From: Hydrurus foetidus
Lineage: Eukaryota
Length of the DNA stretch: 64,000 nt
Assembly (NCBI GenBank): GCA_900617105.1
Contig: UYFQ01000506.1
Span: forward strand, 186,001-250,000
Direction of reading: 5' to 3'
Numbering within the stretch: position 1 is the first letter of the stretch; each line of letters opens with the position of its first letter. Below the pieces are notes generated by a model. That model saw nothing but the letters and a program-made list of their open reading frames with translations, was not told the DNA's origin and made no database searches. Positions 49,071-62,089 of this stretch are shown piece after piece. The position numbers and the translations under genes were made by a program.

Positions 49071-49669
49071 ATCCAGCCCAACTGCTCAAGATGCTACTCG
49101 CTGGTTGTAGGTTGGACTCTGGCGGCGTGAAGTGTTTCGGCTGGGGCGTTTGTTGCGGAGTCCGTCATGACCAAAGTCGCTTGCTGTTCCATTATCGGCA
49201 TAACGCCTGTCGGAGGTGCTGCTACCGCCGATGACCCGGGGCATCAGGCTAGCTGTTCAGAGTCGGGAGCCTGCCGGCGGTGGCCGAAAGCTTGATCGGC
49301 GCTGTTGGGCTGATCTGCGATCAACCTCTCTGACCCGGAGCAACAGAGATGATTTTGGCCATATCGGCCATGGCGGCCTTGGCTCTTCAAATCCTGACCC
49401 CCTCGGCCCAAGCATTTTCGGCCGGAGCCCGCCTTGATGATGGATAAGTCTGCTACGCCCTGAGCTGCGCAGAGGCGAAGTCCCTGGCCTTGACTGGACC
49501 CTTCAGGTCGTGCGTCGCGAGACCTTCGAGGGGCGAGCCGTGGTCAGGTCCTCGTCCATCAGCAGATGCAGGACGGCGCTTTCGACGTCCGAGATGTCTC
49601 TCTCGAGGCCGCAGACCTGCGGCCAATCCGCTACCGTCAACGACGTCAGCAGCTGATCTCGTCCTTGCA

Positions 49670-49979
49670 TGAGCGGGCTGCAGACAGCTCGGCGAAACCG
49701 CCTCAGCCTGACGACGGGATCGCGCCCACGGCGTGAAGTATGTGGCAGACGTGCTCACGGTGAAGTGAGAGAGACCAGCCGGCGTCCGATCTGTTTGTTG
49801 GTCAACGCGTCGCTGAGCAGCGCAAAAATCTCCCATTGTCGGACGGTCAAGGTGAAGGCCGGCGGGACTCGGCGCTCTTCCGAGGCGGACATCAGACGAG
49901 TGAGAAGGCGTGTGCCTACAGGAAGGGTCGCCCTCAGGGTCTGGACAACGTTCACGACGTCCCCTTCGATCTCAGCCAT
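49670..49979 (-). CDS. LuxR-type HTH protein, possibly partial
   Basis: LTVRQWEIFALLSDALTNKQIGRRL.LSHFTV. Confidence 0.7.
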
Positions 49980-50569
49980 GATGACGACACGAGAGCTGTT
50001 AAGCCCGGCTCCGGTCGGGCCTGGGACCGGCCGTTCCGGATGCCCTGGATCATGGGGTCATTGTCGGTCCCGGACCGGCGCGTCGCGCTGTGTGTTCATG
50101 CTGGAGTGCTCCTGTGCGATGGCGAATAGCACATGCGAAATTCGAGGAAATTGCCCAAATTTGCAGCATTGATATACGTATTTGCATGAGCGATGCGGGC
50201 TGGAGCCTTTTGCGCGCTGGGCGCGACCGTCGCTGCTGGATCCATGTCGGTAGCGACTCGTCAGCTGGGTCTGGCCCTGTCCAGGATTGGGCTTGGGCTT
50301 GGAGGCTTGGGCGCTGAGTCGGGAGCGTTGCCATGCGCGCCATGAGCATCATTGCTGCGAACCCGCCATTCGGCCTGAAAGGGGTCGACGATGGGGCGCT
50401 CACAGCTGGTCTAACGCCGCGCGGCATGAGTGATGGCGAGGACACAGCCGACAGCGCCCTCCAGCGCCGAGCGCCAAAGCCGTGTCAACCCGTCGTCGGG
50501 GCGCGTGGCTTGCTAGCACATGCCTGCAATAAGGTACGCCAGAACCGGAACGCCGCCGCTCGCTGATCT

Positions 50570-51474
50570 AGTAGGCAGACCGCAGCAAGGCTGCGGGCTC
50601 CGGAGCTGCGGGCGTCGTCCCCTTCCCGGCGGATAGGCCGTCAGGGCTTGGTGTCTCGGCCTCGCCCTCTGGCGCGCGGCCTGCGCCGGAGACCGACGGA
50701 GCATACAGACCTGTGCCTAAGCCGAGGAGGCCGCCAACGGTTCGACCCGCGGTGCGTCGGGGCCAAACCGCGCGCAGGGGTCGGGCAGCGACAGGGCGCT
50801 CTTTCGCCTTGGTCGCAAAGCCTCGCCGACGGCGCCTGCGAACGGATCGGCCAACTGGAGCGCGTCGCCGACTGGGGAAAGTGAAGGATCCATCGTGCTA
50901 ATTCCTTCGGTGGATTTGGCCCCAGGCGATCGCCGCCACCTGCTGGCCGTCGGTGCCAGCAGTTCGGACCTCGGCCGCCAGACTCTTCGAAATTCCGGTA
51001 CCTCTGAATTTCACAAAGGGATGGGGATGAACAAGCTTGCAGCGGCAGTGACAGCCGAACCGTCGAGTTGGTGGGCGCGATTTGCACGATCGCGGTGCGG
51101 ATACGCCCGGTTTGCGGTTCGGGCGTAGCTGCGATCTCAAACCGTTGGCTTACCTTGAAGCATAGCTGCCGGTCGACTTCCGTCGCACCATGGCCTGATC
51201 TTCTGGGCCGATAGGCGTACTGGCGTCGACCTTCAGGACGCTGGGCTCGATGTAGACACGTGTAAGCGCGTTAGACCGCGTCGTCCCGCCGCTTTTTGGG
51301 ACCGGGCTGGCCGCTTTTGGCCTCGGCAATCCGTCATAGCTGGAGAGATAGCCGGAGTTCGTCGTTGGCATGGTTTGGCAGGCGAGGGTCGACAACGCAG
51401 CCAAGGTGACGACTCTGAAGGCTATGGACCCTGCGCGACTGACTTGAGCGAAGCGGGAAAAGGAAGGTCATGCA
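50570..51474 (-). CDS. DUF3313-like lipoprotein
   Basis: LACQTMPTTNSGYLSSYDGL, EVDRQLCFKVSQRFEI, QQVAAIAW, LSPVGDALQLA. Confidence 0.7.
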
Positions 51475-52079
51475 TTGGTCTCAAGCATTTGTACGTTGTC
51501 GGAAGCTTTGCGGCGCCCGGGCTTACTGCTGAGTGAGAGGCAGCATTCTCACGGCCGATTGGCGAAGAACTGCGCCCTCGCGATCCTCGAGAGTGCCAAA
51601 GCCATCCCGCCCTTCCAAAGAGACCTTCCATCTGCAGCAGCGACAGCGATGGAGCCGGCCCCAGGAGAGCCACGTCAGAAGGTCATCACTGTCTCGTTCA
51701 ATCCGCGTCGATTGCCTCGGGACCGGTGCGATGTGGGCTTGCCCCTCTCGCTCAGAACTGCGTTGAGCAAAGTGCTGCGGCTTCATCGCGTCTCTCCACG
51801 CCAGAACCCATCAGCAGTCAGAGCTTGAATGAACACTCCCATGTCGGCTCCTAAAGCCTCAGCGCTCGGCGCACTAAAGGCGAAGCCAATTTTGTGTACC
51901 AGCAACGGCCACTGAGCAGACAGCTTTCAGGTGTACCGGTTCATCCTGACCGAAGATATTTCATCCAGTGTGGACCAGAGCCGCAGCGGTTGACCGAGCC
52001 CCAGCGCATGATGCTGCTCTTCGTTCCGAAGGCCATCCGCCCTAAAACACACGCTCTTGGCAAGCCCCGGATCTTGGCA

Positions 52080-52790
52080 GCTGCGCAGGGTTTCGCCATT
52101 CCATGATTAGAAAGTTGGGCGCTCGCTTGTAGCGCGCGACACGCACCGGATCCCCGCCAGTAGGCGATGGTTCGCTGAAGTGGACGAGACCCAGGCCTGC
52201 CTCGAGCAGCACGGACATGTAGCGGCTGGTCGGCCTGTGCCAGTTCTGACGCGAATACCGCGCCATGCGACCCAGTCAGCCCGTTCCTCCATGTAATGAT
52301 CCATCGCAAACCCCCGAGGCTCAGATCCTTGTCCGGACCAGCCGAGGGTCTGGCCCGCCGTGTTGAAGCTGGTGAGATGCGATCAGGAGGATCCGCGGAC
52401 GGAGCACCCTGGCCATTTCCGGAATGGCGGCGTCGATATCGTCAATGTCCATCGGATAGATGGCAGACGACGAGATCAAACGCGCCGTCTGGCAGGTCTG
52501 AGTGCTTCCGCCGGCCAACCCGATAGTCGCCACCCGGATCGCATGCGAGGCATGATCAATCAGCGGCACCGTTGGATCGATCCCCAAGGTTTCAATATCC
52601 AAGGCCGCGCAACATTCGGCAAAAGCGACCCTCGCCGCAACCAACATCGAGCGCGCGGCTGAACCCCTCCCGTGCGGCGCGGTCCAACATTGGGCGATCC
52701 AGCACGAACCTTCGCCCGAAATCGCCCTCGGCACCCGGGCTGGCGATCCATGCCTCGGCTGACTCAGCCCAGCCGGAGTTGCCGTCTAAG
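52080..52790 (-). CDS. Class I SAM-dependent methyltransferase
   Basis: GWAESAEAWI...ALDVGCGEGRFCRML, GIDPT, EMARVLRP, NWHRP.S.YM. Confidence 0.85.
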
Positions 52791-53269
52791 GCGGGCAAGA
52801 CCGCCGCCCAGTCACGATCTTCCTTCAAGACAGCAGATCTCCTGAGCTTAGGCATGTCGGTGGCATCACTAGTGTAGCGATCGTACCGGGTACGAGTGTC
52901 GGACAAACGCGGAGAAATCCCTTCCGGAAGAAGTTGGTGAAGCGTCCGGATGTGGGGGCATTCGCGTCAGGCGACGGAACGGGTCGACGGCTGTTGCATC
53001 GTCTTGAGGCCGAACCGGTGCTTAGCGCCGCCTGAGCCTCAATCAACGAGGGGGCGTGCGGGGATCGGCATCGGTCAATTTCCGGTGGCGGGTGCCGAAC
53101 TGGAACTGCTTTGAACGTCACGGTCCTCCGCAATGTTCCAGGTGGGAGCAATGAAGCGCTCGACCTGGTCGAAGCTCTGTTGGCTACCGATGGGGGCGAC
53201 TGCCGGGTGAGCAGTCGCCCGGCGTGGGTCGCGCCGTTTGCGGCACGCCCCGAGGGTTCATTGGAGTCA

Positions 53270-53897
53270 GGCCGCTATGGCGACTCGGGCGGCCCGCCTG
53301 TCCGTCACCAGAAGCCAGCCGACGAGGACCGCCCAGGCCGACTGGATAGTGTAGGACAGGATGCTTACGACATCCATCTCGATGAAACCTGCAAGCAGCA
53401 GCGCGGATGGCACGATGCCGCCACAGCCTGCTCAAAACCGACCAACTTTGATCGGCTCGAATTGTCGCGAAAATCAGGCCCAGGGTGACGACGCCCGCGC
53501 CGAAGACGGCCACGGTAGCGAGCGACTGGTCTGCTGCCCAGCGAAAACGGGATGTCCGGGCGTCGCGATCGAGGGCCATCAGCGAGAAGTCGCGGCGTCA
53601 CGAACCCGTTGAGCAGGCCGGCCCAGTGTTTTGCGAACACAGACACTGCATAGCCCACCATGCCAGCGGGGATGGGAAAGCGAAGAAACCCTCGTGTGGC
53701 GCACAGGTAAAAGGAAACCCGAGTGCACACACAGCACAAGAGGAGAGCCCGTGGATCGGCGGCAGGGCGTCGGAGAGGCATTGTGGGGTGATGCGCCATG
53801 AAGGCGCGATGCGGCGGCGGCCGCAGCCAAAAGCGCCGCACCCGCGAGCCCGGCATCACACGGCCTCGGCGGGTCGAAGGACGGTTGAATCAGACAT
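53270..53897 (-). CDS. Hypothetical membrane protein (frameshifted)
   Basis: Hydrophobic segments with AFMAHHPT and AGLLNGFVTP; divergent from TetR. Confidence 0.45.
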
Positions 53898-54243
53898 CTG
53901 AGGCGGTCCCAAGAGATTTTGGAAAAGCCCAAACTCTCTAGCGGCGGTTGTTTGCAGAGGGGCCGGTGTTTTCCCTGCCGCTATCCGCTAACGGACAAGG
54001 CGGCGGATTCATCCACGACTGGGATGATGCTCTGACTTCTGCAACCGCCTTCGCGGCTTGGCGGGGGCAGATTGCTCCTAACCGCTCGCGCAGTCTCTCG
54101 AGTAAGGTCCAGTATTTGCGGGGCAGAAAGTGTTTATTGCGGATGCTGTCAGCCTAACGCAAACCTGTCTTTACTATCGTGCGGTAGAGTTCTTTTGCGC
54201 AGTCTGAATTTGAGGCCACTGTCGTTAAACCGCGATCGACTGC

Positions 54244-54267
54244 CGGACATTTTTAGTGCTTTGTCCG
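54244..54267. promoter_or_regulatory. Inverted repeat CGGACA-N12-TGTCCG, candidate TetR operator
   Basis: About 60 bp upstream of the TetR start. Confidence 0.45.
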
Positions 54268-54323
54268 AGATCATGGCCTGAACCACAGGTGACCGACCGA
54301 GGGCTGAGCGCTATCGTCGCTGG

Positions 54324-54840
54324 ATGACCGAGGCAAATCACGCGCGCCGGATCGGCGGAGCCCAGAGGACCCAGGGCGCTCTTGATGCATGAGGCGTCTT
54401 CTCTTCACGCTGCGCTACGACACGATCCGGACGTCGGATCTGATCGATGCGGCTGGGGTGGGGCGGTCGACCTTCTATGAGCATTTTCGGAGCAAGGACG
54501 ACGTCCTCGTTGCCATGATCGATCCCGTGTTTCTGCCCTGGCCCAAGCCGCGGCGGAGACGGGACCGCGAAACCCTGACTATAACATTGGAACACATCTG
54601 GGCGCAGCGAGCGGCGGCCCGGCCGTTGTTTGAGCCGCCGCTTCTCGACAAGTTGCAGCGAAAGCTGGCGCTCTGATCGAAGCCCAAATCAGCTCTGCAT
54701 ACGGGCGCCGGCGAACCTGATTGCGACCGGGCTGCCTGCGGATATCTCGCCATGCTGCGTATGTGGTTGACTGGGGAGGTGTCATGCGCCGCCGCCGTGC
54801 TGCAGGCTGGCTAGTCGACGGATGTACCGCTCCGACGAAG
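54324..54840 (+). CDS. TetR family regulator
   Basis: YDTIRTSDLIDAAGVGRSTFYEHFRSKDDVL. Confidence 0.85.
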
Positions 54841-54976
54841 ACCGTCGGACGGTGCGGCGGGCTGACCCGGAAAAGGCGATCGGCCCAGGCGGCTATCCGC
54901 GACAAGATCGCGGCTTCGAAAGCCAGGGCATGTGGATGGAGAACCTGCCACTCGGCTATGACGCTCCCTGCCGCCT

Positions 54977-55557
54977 ATCGGCTTAATGCCCTTTGATCTG
55001 GCGTTCGATCGCGTCATAGTCCCCTCGCCCTCGTGGACGAAGATGATCGGCCGGTACGGTCGATGAGGAAAACGTCGGCCGGCGCGGACATCATAAGCCT
55101 TCAAGCCTTGTGATCGGGATCCAGCGCGATGGGATAGGACACAGAAAGGCGGCGCGCCGCCCTCGCCACGTTCGCTGGAACGCTCGAACGAAAACTCAGG
55201 CGCGTGGACGCCGGTCACCACCAACCCCTCGGGGCCGTAGATCTCATGCCACCACCGACGAAGGTGCGGCAGGGTTCGGACGCAGTTGACGCAACTGGGT
55301 CCAGGAAGTCGATCGGAACGGGTCGGCCTGAGGCCGATCGATAGCGGCGGTGAATTGAGCCCTCCCGCGCCGTGCTGAGGCTGGGCCATGTGTCCGATCT
55401 CAGGCCCGACATCGCCTCTGAAGCCAATTTCGGCTTCCAAGGCCCTGGCCCAAACGGCAAGACCGCCCAAGGTCAAGACTGCTGTCAAGGCTGAGCCGAT
55501 GATGGCCTGGCGTGGAATGCCCATGAGCTTTCTCGGTTCTAGCGCAAAGGTCGCCAT
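54977..55557 (-). CDS. Thioredoxin-like redoxin (DipZ C-terminal type)
   Basis: LNSPPLS, SCVNCVRTLPHL (CxxC), GVHAPEFSFER, HEGEG. Confidence 0.85.
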
Positions 55558-55629
55558 GATTGAATCATGTCGTTTGCTCTAGATTCTTGTTTTGACGCGT
55601 TATTTCGGCGGCGAACCGGTATCCACTTC

Positions 55630-56314
55630 GCCGAATAACGCTCTGTGGGAAAAGGCGCTGGCGATGGTCGCCGCTATCAGCGTGTCGAGTTGGAAAACAT
55701 GGCCCCCACCGCTGGCGACGACCAGAACGCCGAAAATCTGCCGCAACCGGTCCGCACCACGCGTCACCACCCTGACTTTTGCGGTTAACGCCTGGCCGCC
55801 ATAGGCGATCGCCAACATCGGCGCGCCGCACCGATCCCGCAGAGGACCAACAACAGGGCTCATGCCCAAAATCACCCGATCCCGCGACCAAGGTCAGTAT
55901 TGAGGCGAGTAATATCGGCCCTGCAGAACGTCAAACTAGCCCGAGCGACAGGCCGATCAGGAATTACTGCTGATTTCCCAAGACCTGGGCGATCCCGCGA
56001 TATTGTGCCGGACTGGGCCAGCCTATCGGTCAGGGCGTTGAACGGTGCCATAAGCCTGGGCCAGACCATGCCCAAAACCGAAGAAAACGAGGCCTGCAGG
56101 CGATGGTCCGCAACAGGCCTCAGGAGGCCAGACTCGTTAAGGCGGAAGGCCAACGCCGCGATCGAGAGGCAAGGATCGAAGCCCGTAACGATCATAGGGG
56201 CGGTAGACACTCCGATGCTCCACCGACGTACCCATAAGGATGGGCAGCACCGGCAGGATACAGGGGACGCCGCAGTGGCGAGGCCGGCGAGAATGCAAGG
56301 CCAAGATCAATCAT
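55630..56314 (-). CDS. ccdA: Cytochrome c biogenesis CcdA family protein (disrupted)
   Basis: MIDLGLAF.AG...PCILPVLPILMG, GLSLGLV...GPI, PMLAIAYGGQAL. Confidence 0.75.
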
Positions 56315-56334
56315 GCGCGACGCGAGCTTCCGGC

Positions 56335-56616
56335 TTAATGGCTCATCGGAGCGGCACGAAGCCAGACCTGGGTCTTACCCACGGCCGGTACAACGACATA
56401 GGGGCGCACCTCCAGCGTCTCGCCACGTGCCTTAACGTACAGTCGTAAGGTCTTTCCGTTTTCACGGCTGAAGATTTTGCCGCGCCATTCATCTTCGCCG
56501 GTGACCGGAGCTGGCTGATCAGTCGCGTCCCGACCTTTGCCGGCGGCACCTTTCATGGTGGCGTTGGTATCGGCCATCGACCGATTGGCGAGCACACGCA
56601 CGATATCGCCGCAGAG
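56335..56616 (-). pseudogene. DUF2147-like protein, 5'-truncated by IS6
   Basis: TLCGDIVRVL...WRGKIFSRENGKT..C.L...LEVRPYV...GKTQVW; begins at the IS end. Confidence 0.7.
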
Positions 56617-57423
56617 GGTGCTCAGTCTAACCCCAACTTGTCTCCCCTGGGCGCAGCTCGAGCAGTGACGGCGCAGCCTCAGCCTATAAGAGACTTGCCA
56701 CTCAGCCAGGCGGCGGAGGCGTTGCGCCTTGTAAATTTCGCGGCTGGTGAGGTGGCGGTCCTTGTTGAAGTGGTTGTGGAAGGCGGCGTGCACGGAGCTG
56801 AATTTCTGCAGGCTCTTCATCTGTCGGCACCTGAGTCTGGCCCGTTCTCGTCGTCGGAACGGCAGGTGTGAGTTCTCACAACGGTTGTTGGCCCAGCGGC
56901 CAATCTCCTGCTTCTCGGCGTTGCCGAGTTCCTTCATCGCCGCCCTATATGAGCGCAGGCTGTCGGTGGTGACCACCTTGGCACGTCCGTGCCGCTTCAT
57001 CAGTTTCTTCATGAACTTCAACGCCGCAGGCTTGTCGCGGGTCTTGCTGGCGAAGGACTCTAGCACTTCACCCTCGTGGTCGACGGCCCGCCAGAGGTAG
57101 TGCATCTGGCCGTTGATTTTCACGTAGACCTCGTCGAGATGCCACGTCCAGTGCGTGAAGGCCTTCATCTGATTGACCCGCTTTCGCCGGATCTCGGCGG
57201 CAAACATTGGACCGAACCTGTTCCACCAGAACCGCACCGTCTCATGGCAGATGTCGATCCCACGCTCCGCCAGGAGGTCCTCGACGTTGCGCAGCGAGAG
57301 CGGGTATTTCACGTACATCATCACCACCAGGCGGATCACCTCGGGCGAGCTGTTGGGAATGGGTTGCTCATCCCGGCAGGCTACCGGCGAGGGGCGACGT
57401 CAGCAATTTGCTCTGACAGCACC
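56617..57423 (-). mobile_element. IS6-family insertion sequence, copy B
   Basis: Same orientation as copy A and same core transposase translation; ends GGTGCTCAG and CTGACAGCACC. Confidence 0.95.
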
Positions 57424-57439
57424 GGCGGCCTGGCGCGCG

Positions 57440-58359
57440 GAACGCTGCTCAGATACTTCGCCTCCCAGCCATCCCCTGCTTCAAGTATTCGACCAAGCGC
57501 TATCGGGCCCAGCCATGTGGTAGATACCGACGACTACGAAAGGGTTTGGCTTCCTTCTGCATCTCAGCGAAGCGCATTGCTTCAACTGGTGTTCCGCCCG
57601 CGACGTGTTTTGCGTAGGCTTGGCTGAAACGCTTCATTTCGACCCACGACTTCAGCGTGACAGGATCGCGGTTCCATTGGCCCATGCGCCATAGATGCGC
57701 TCGCTTTCCGCCGTTCCGGATGTAACTTGTAACGGTATACTGGAGGAATTGGACGTCCTCCTCGTTCGACATTTCTCCCCATGAATGTGATCACATCATC
57801 CTGGGCATCGGGTCGCTCGCGTGCCGAATTTTGTCTGAACATTGATTTTCGACAGCAAGACTCGCTCGGCTGTTCCTGTGAGGCCGTTTTCTTTGAAGTA
57901 GGCAAACTCGATTTCGCTGGCTGCCAGCCGGGTCTCATCAGGCTCGAGCGAGTCCAAGGGACTCGCTATCTCGGCAGCCTTCCTGACATCCGCGTAGTCG
58001 GGTCAGACAGCGATCCCGCTCAGCGGACGCTCGAGGTTGAGCCGTACTTTCGAACGAGCGTGTTGGGGGGTGCCGCCAGACACTCTTGGTTTCTGTCAGA
58101 TTGTGCCGCAGGACCCAATCAGGTTCTCAATTCGTGTGTCGCTCAGGCGGTAGGGCGTTGCGGCGTTTGCGCCAATGGGCCTAACCTGCCCAGCCTTCCT
58201 TAAAACCGAAGCGGCCAGGGGGACGTAGTCCAGGCTGCAACCGTCCGCCAATGCCAAGCTGCTTTGGAGCGCTGAAAGCGGCATGCCGAAAGCCCCTGCA
58301 ATGATTTGTCGTCTCGACGATGTTCCGACTGTGCTCGCGAGATTTCTATTGTTCGCCAT
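57440..58359 (-). CDS. TraB/GumN-like protein with twin-arginine leader (disrupted)
   Basis: SSRRQIIAG leader; C-terminal VVVGIYHMAGPDS resembles TraB/GumN. Confidence 0.55.
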
Positions 58360-58414
58360 GGTCGTGAAAGCCTCATTGCGGTAGTGAGCAACGCTCTCTT
58401 CGATTTCGACGCCG

Positions 58415-59425
58415 CTAGGAATGGTCCTGGTATTGATGACCACCTTGCCGAAGTGGTCAGAACGTTTCAGGGCCTCATAGTTCTCGACGCCCGCTCCCGT
58501 TGAGGTCTTGGACACGCGCGGGGTGATCGCGTGGCTTCGACGAGGCCATGAGCCGTTCGAAGTGTTCGACCGACCCAACGCGATTCCGTTGATCCGGCCA
58601 TTTTTGAACTGCAGTGGTGTAATATCCGGCTTGGAACCGAAGCCCGTGAGGACGCCGATCTGTGAGATCGTCCCCGAATGCGAGGCAGTTGATCGAACGG
58701 TTGTAGGTGTCCGGGCCGCCCAGTTCGAGGATGTGATCGACGCCGCGTCCATCCGCCAGGTCAAGAACTGCCTGATCCCAATCAGGCACCGCCTTGTAGT
58801 TCACGCCCGCCCAGGCTCCCATGGACTTAGCGATGGCGAGCTTTTCGTCGAACGACGATGTTACGATGACCTTCGCGCCTATGGCGTGCGCCAGTTGGAG
58901 CGCAACGATGGAAACGCCACCGGTCCCCTGAACAAGGATGGTGTGCTCGGGTCCTACCTGATCACGCTCAAACAGCGCATGCCACGCGGTCACACCTGCG
59001 CAGGGGGGTGGCGGCTTCGGCAAACGACAGACGGTCAGGGATCCGCACGAACGCATCTTCATGCGCCACGAACAGGCTTTGCAGCACGCCGTCGGTGTTC
59101 GAGCCGCCGAGAGCCTCCGCCAGATGTTCGGGCCGGAAAGGGCCGGAGCGCCATTTTGGGAAGAAGGCCGGGCTAACTCGATCACCTGGTCGCCAACGGC
59201 TAACGCCTGAGCCAACCTCAATCACCTCACCGGCGCCGTCAGAGAGTGGAACTAGGCCTTGTCAGGTGCCCTCCAGATCGCCTCTGCAGAGCAAGTCGCG
59301 ATAGTTCAAGCTCGCAGCCATCATCCGCACGACCACGTGTCGACTGCCGATTGGGCCGGGCTCTGGCTGTTGGCCGAGACCAGGACGAGCTCATCTGAGC
59401 CTGATTGAAGAGTGTACTGGTCCAT
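58415..59425 (-). CDS. Zinc-type alcohol dehydrogenase-like MDR oxidoreductase
   Basis: AASLNYRDL, VPLSDGAGEV, CAGVTAWHAL, QGTGGVS, HFGKVVI. Confidence 0.9.
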
Positions 59426-59957
59426 CGAGAAACTCCGCCGCTTGCGCCGCCCCTTCCGGCGGTCAGGGTTGGGGTAGGCTATGGAGAACCTAGTGTGCTT
59501 GGCGGCCGACGACCGTTTCGATTAGTGAAATGCACTGTATCAGACGCCGACTGCCGAGGACTGTCGGCCTGGTCTGACCCATCGGCGTGGACGTTGGGCT
59601 GGACCGAACATAGTCAAACCAATCGCCTCTGCGATGCCGATGGCCGTCAAACGCTTCCTTGTCTGACATCTAGGCCGGGCTATGATTTTAGCAGCCTTGG
59701 GTCGTGTGTATCGATTTATGCCTATCGTTTTGTTGTAAAATTTTAGAATGTCAGTATAAATTCCAAATACACTTAAATTATTCCCAGTAATAAGGCTACT
59801 TCTACCGCAATTATTGAAAATTATTCGCTGAATAACGGGTTAAAACTTGGTAATATACATAGTTACGCAAAATGAAATGCTCCATTCCTTTTGAAGCGCT
59901 TTTTCAGGAGGTGCGGACAGTGGAGTAACGCCGCTTCATTTTTGACGGGGCGACTTC

Positions 59958-61975
59958 ATGTCGAGAGAATTTTTGCTGGCAGGTCTGGCTGCGACGATGC
60001 TGACCTCTGCAGTCCACGCTGCTGATCCTTCGACTGAGCAGGCCAGCCCGCCGGCTCAGGCTGCGCAGCGCGGGTTCTGGTCTTCCAGCCCGACTTCTTC
60101 ACCGCTCAGCGGCCGAACACGGCGCTCGATATGGTGCAGCGAGTGCCGGGCTTTTCGGTCAGGACGGTAGCGGCGCTCGCGGCTTCGAGGGTGCTGTCGG
60201 AAACATTCTCATCAACGGAGCCCGCCCGGCCTCGAAGAACGACACAGGTAGCAACGTGTTGTCGAGAACGCTCGCTGGGCGCGTCGAGCGCATCGAGCTG
60301 ATCCGCGGTGGTGCCCTCAGGTGGATATGCAGGGCTATTCGGTGGTCGTGAACGTGATCCTGAAAAGGCCGCGAGCCGACAATCGATCCTCACTTGGAAC
60401 ACGACGCAGTTTGACGGGGGCAGGACCTTTACGGCGGCAGCTATCAGTTCACGGCCACCGACGGCGAAAAGAGCTGGGTGTGACACTGAGCGACGGCATG
60501 GGCTCCAGCGACTCCAACGGCCCGGGCCGAACATTCGACGGGACCGGAAAGGTGATCCGCGACGAATCTTTCTCAACGACGGCTGGGGCGGCAATCGCGG
60601 CATTCGCGGCAACTTCACCGGCCCGCTGGTCGGCGGCAAAATGGAGGCCACGGCCCGCTTTGGCGTTAATGACTGGCAGCAGTGGCAGACGCTCGTGTCG
60701 TCGGCCGCCCACCGTCGAAGCAACTACGCGGAGGAGGGCAGTCCGGCGAGCTGGGCCTGACCTATACCCGTCCGCTGGCTCCAACTGGGCCCTGGAGACG
60801 CGGGCGATCCACACCTTGAGGCCTTCGACAACGCGTCGACCAGTGCCGAGACGCTTGGCGGAATCAAGAGCCCGCTGCAGCAGTTCACCGCCGACGGTGA
60901 TAGTTCGGAAACGATTTTGCGCGCCCAGGTGCGCCACGACTGGAGCAAGGCTGTCACGTTCGAAACCGGCGGTGAGGTCGCCTACAACATGCTGGAGGTC
61001 AACCAGGCCTTCACCCAGGGCGGCGTGGCCGTGCCCCTGCCCTCGGCCTCGGTCAAGGTCGAGGAGACGCGGGGCGAGGCCTTCTCCAAGGCCACCTGGC
61101 GGGTGAACTCCAAGCTGAGCCTCGAAGGCGGCCTGCGGCTGGAAACCTCGACCATCAAGCAGTCGGGCGACGCTGATCAGGAGAAGAATTTCTTTACGCC
61201 AAACCCAGGTTCCTTGCGACCTGGACCCCGGCCGCCAATAGCCAAGTGCGTATCCGCTTTGAGCGGGAACTTGGCCAGTGGACTTCGGCGACTTCGCAGC
61301 CTCGGCCGAGCTGGATGATGACAGCGTCTATGGTGGCAATGTTGACCTCAAGCGAGCAACGCTGGATTAGCGAGATCGGTTATGAGCGTCGCTTTTGGGG
61401 CGAGGCATTGTCTCGATCGCCTATCGTCATGATGAGATTATCGGCGTGATCGACCGCCTGCCGCTACCGGGAAACCTGTCGGCGACCGGCAATATCGGCG
61501 ACGGCAAGCTGGATCGCCTCAGGTGAACATTGTCGTGCCGACCGATAGGGCTGGCCTCAAGGGCGGCCGGGTAACCTTCAAGAACGACTGGGATCAGACC
61601 GAGGTGAAGGATCCTACGACGGGCCGGACCCGTCCGATCTCGGGGGTGCGCCCAACCCTCGCATCGGTCGGGTTTCAGCAGGACCTGACCCGATACAAGG
61701 TCCAATGGGGAGTAAACTGGCTGCCCCTCCTCATCGATCGAAACTATAATGTAGATCAGGTCGTGAACGTGCGAGGATCCGGATATACGCAGGTATTCGC
61801 TGAGTACAAGCCGACGGCGACCCTATCCGTCCGTACCCAACTGACGCTTTGGGATAACTACAACATCCAGCGGACCGTGTTCTCAAATCGTGGGCGGAAC
61901 GAGCGGTCGCCTTCGTGGAGAGCCGAATGATTGATCCACGCACATTCGTCACCGTGCGTGCGCAAGACCTTCTAA
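59958..61975 (+). CDS. TonB-dependent receptor (frameshifted)
   Basis: Signal peptide, RPNTALDMVQRVPGF, GNILINGARPASKND, VERIELIRGG, C-terminal VTVRARKTF; AT-rich upstream region 59700-59900. Confidence 0.88.
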
Positions 61976-62089
61976 TTCGAGAGCTCTTCTTGCAACCCTG
62001 ACCAAGGAGGCTGTTGCTGCGAGGCGGCAGCCTCCTGTTGGTGTCTGTTTCCACAGGTTCAGTGATCCGGAAGGTGCACGTGATCACAT

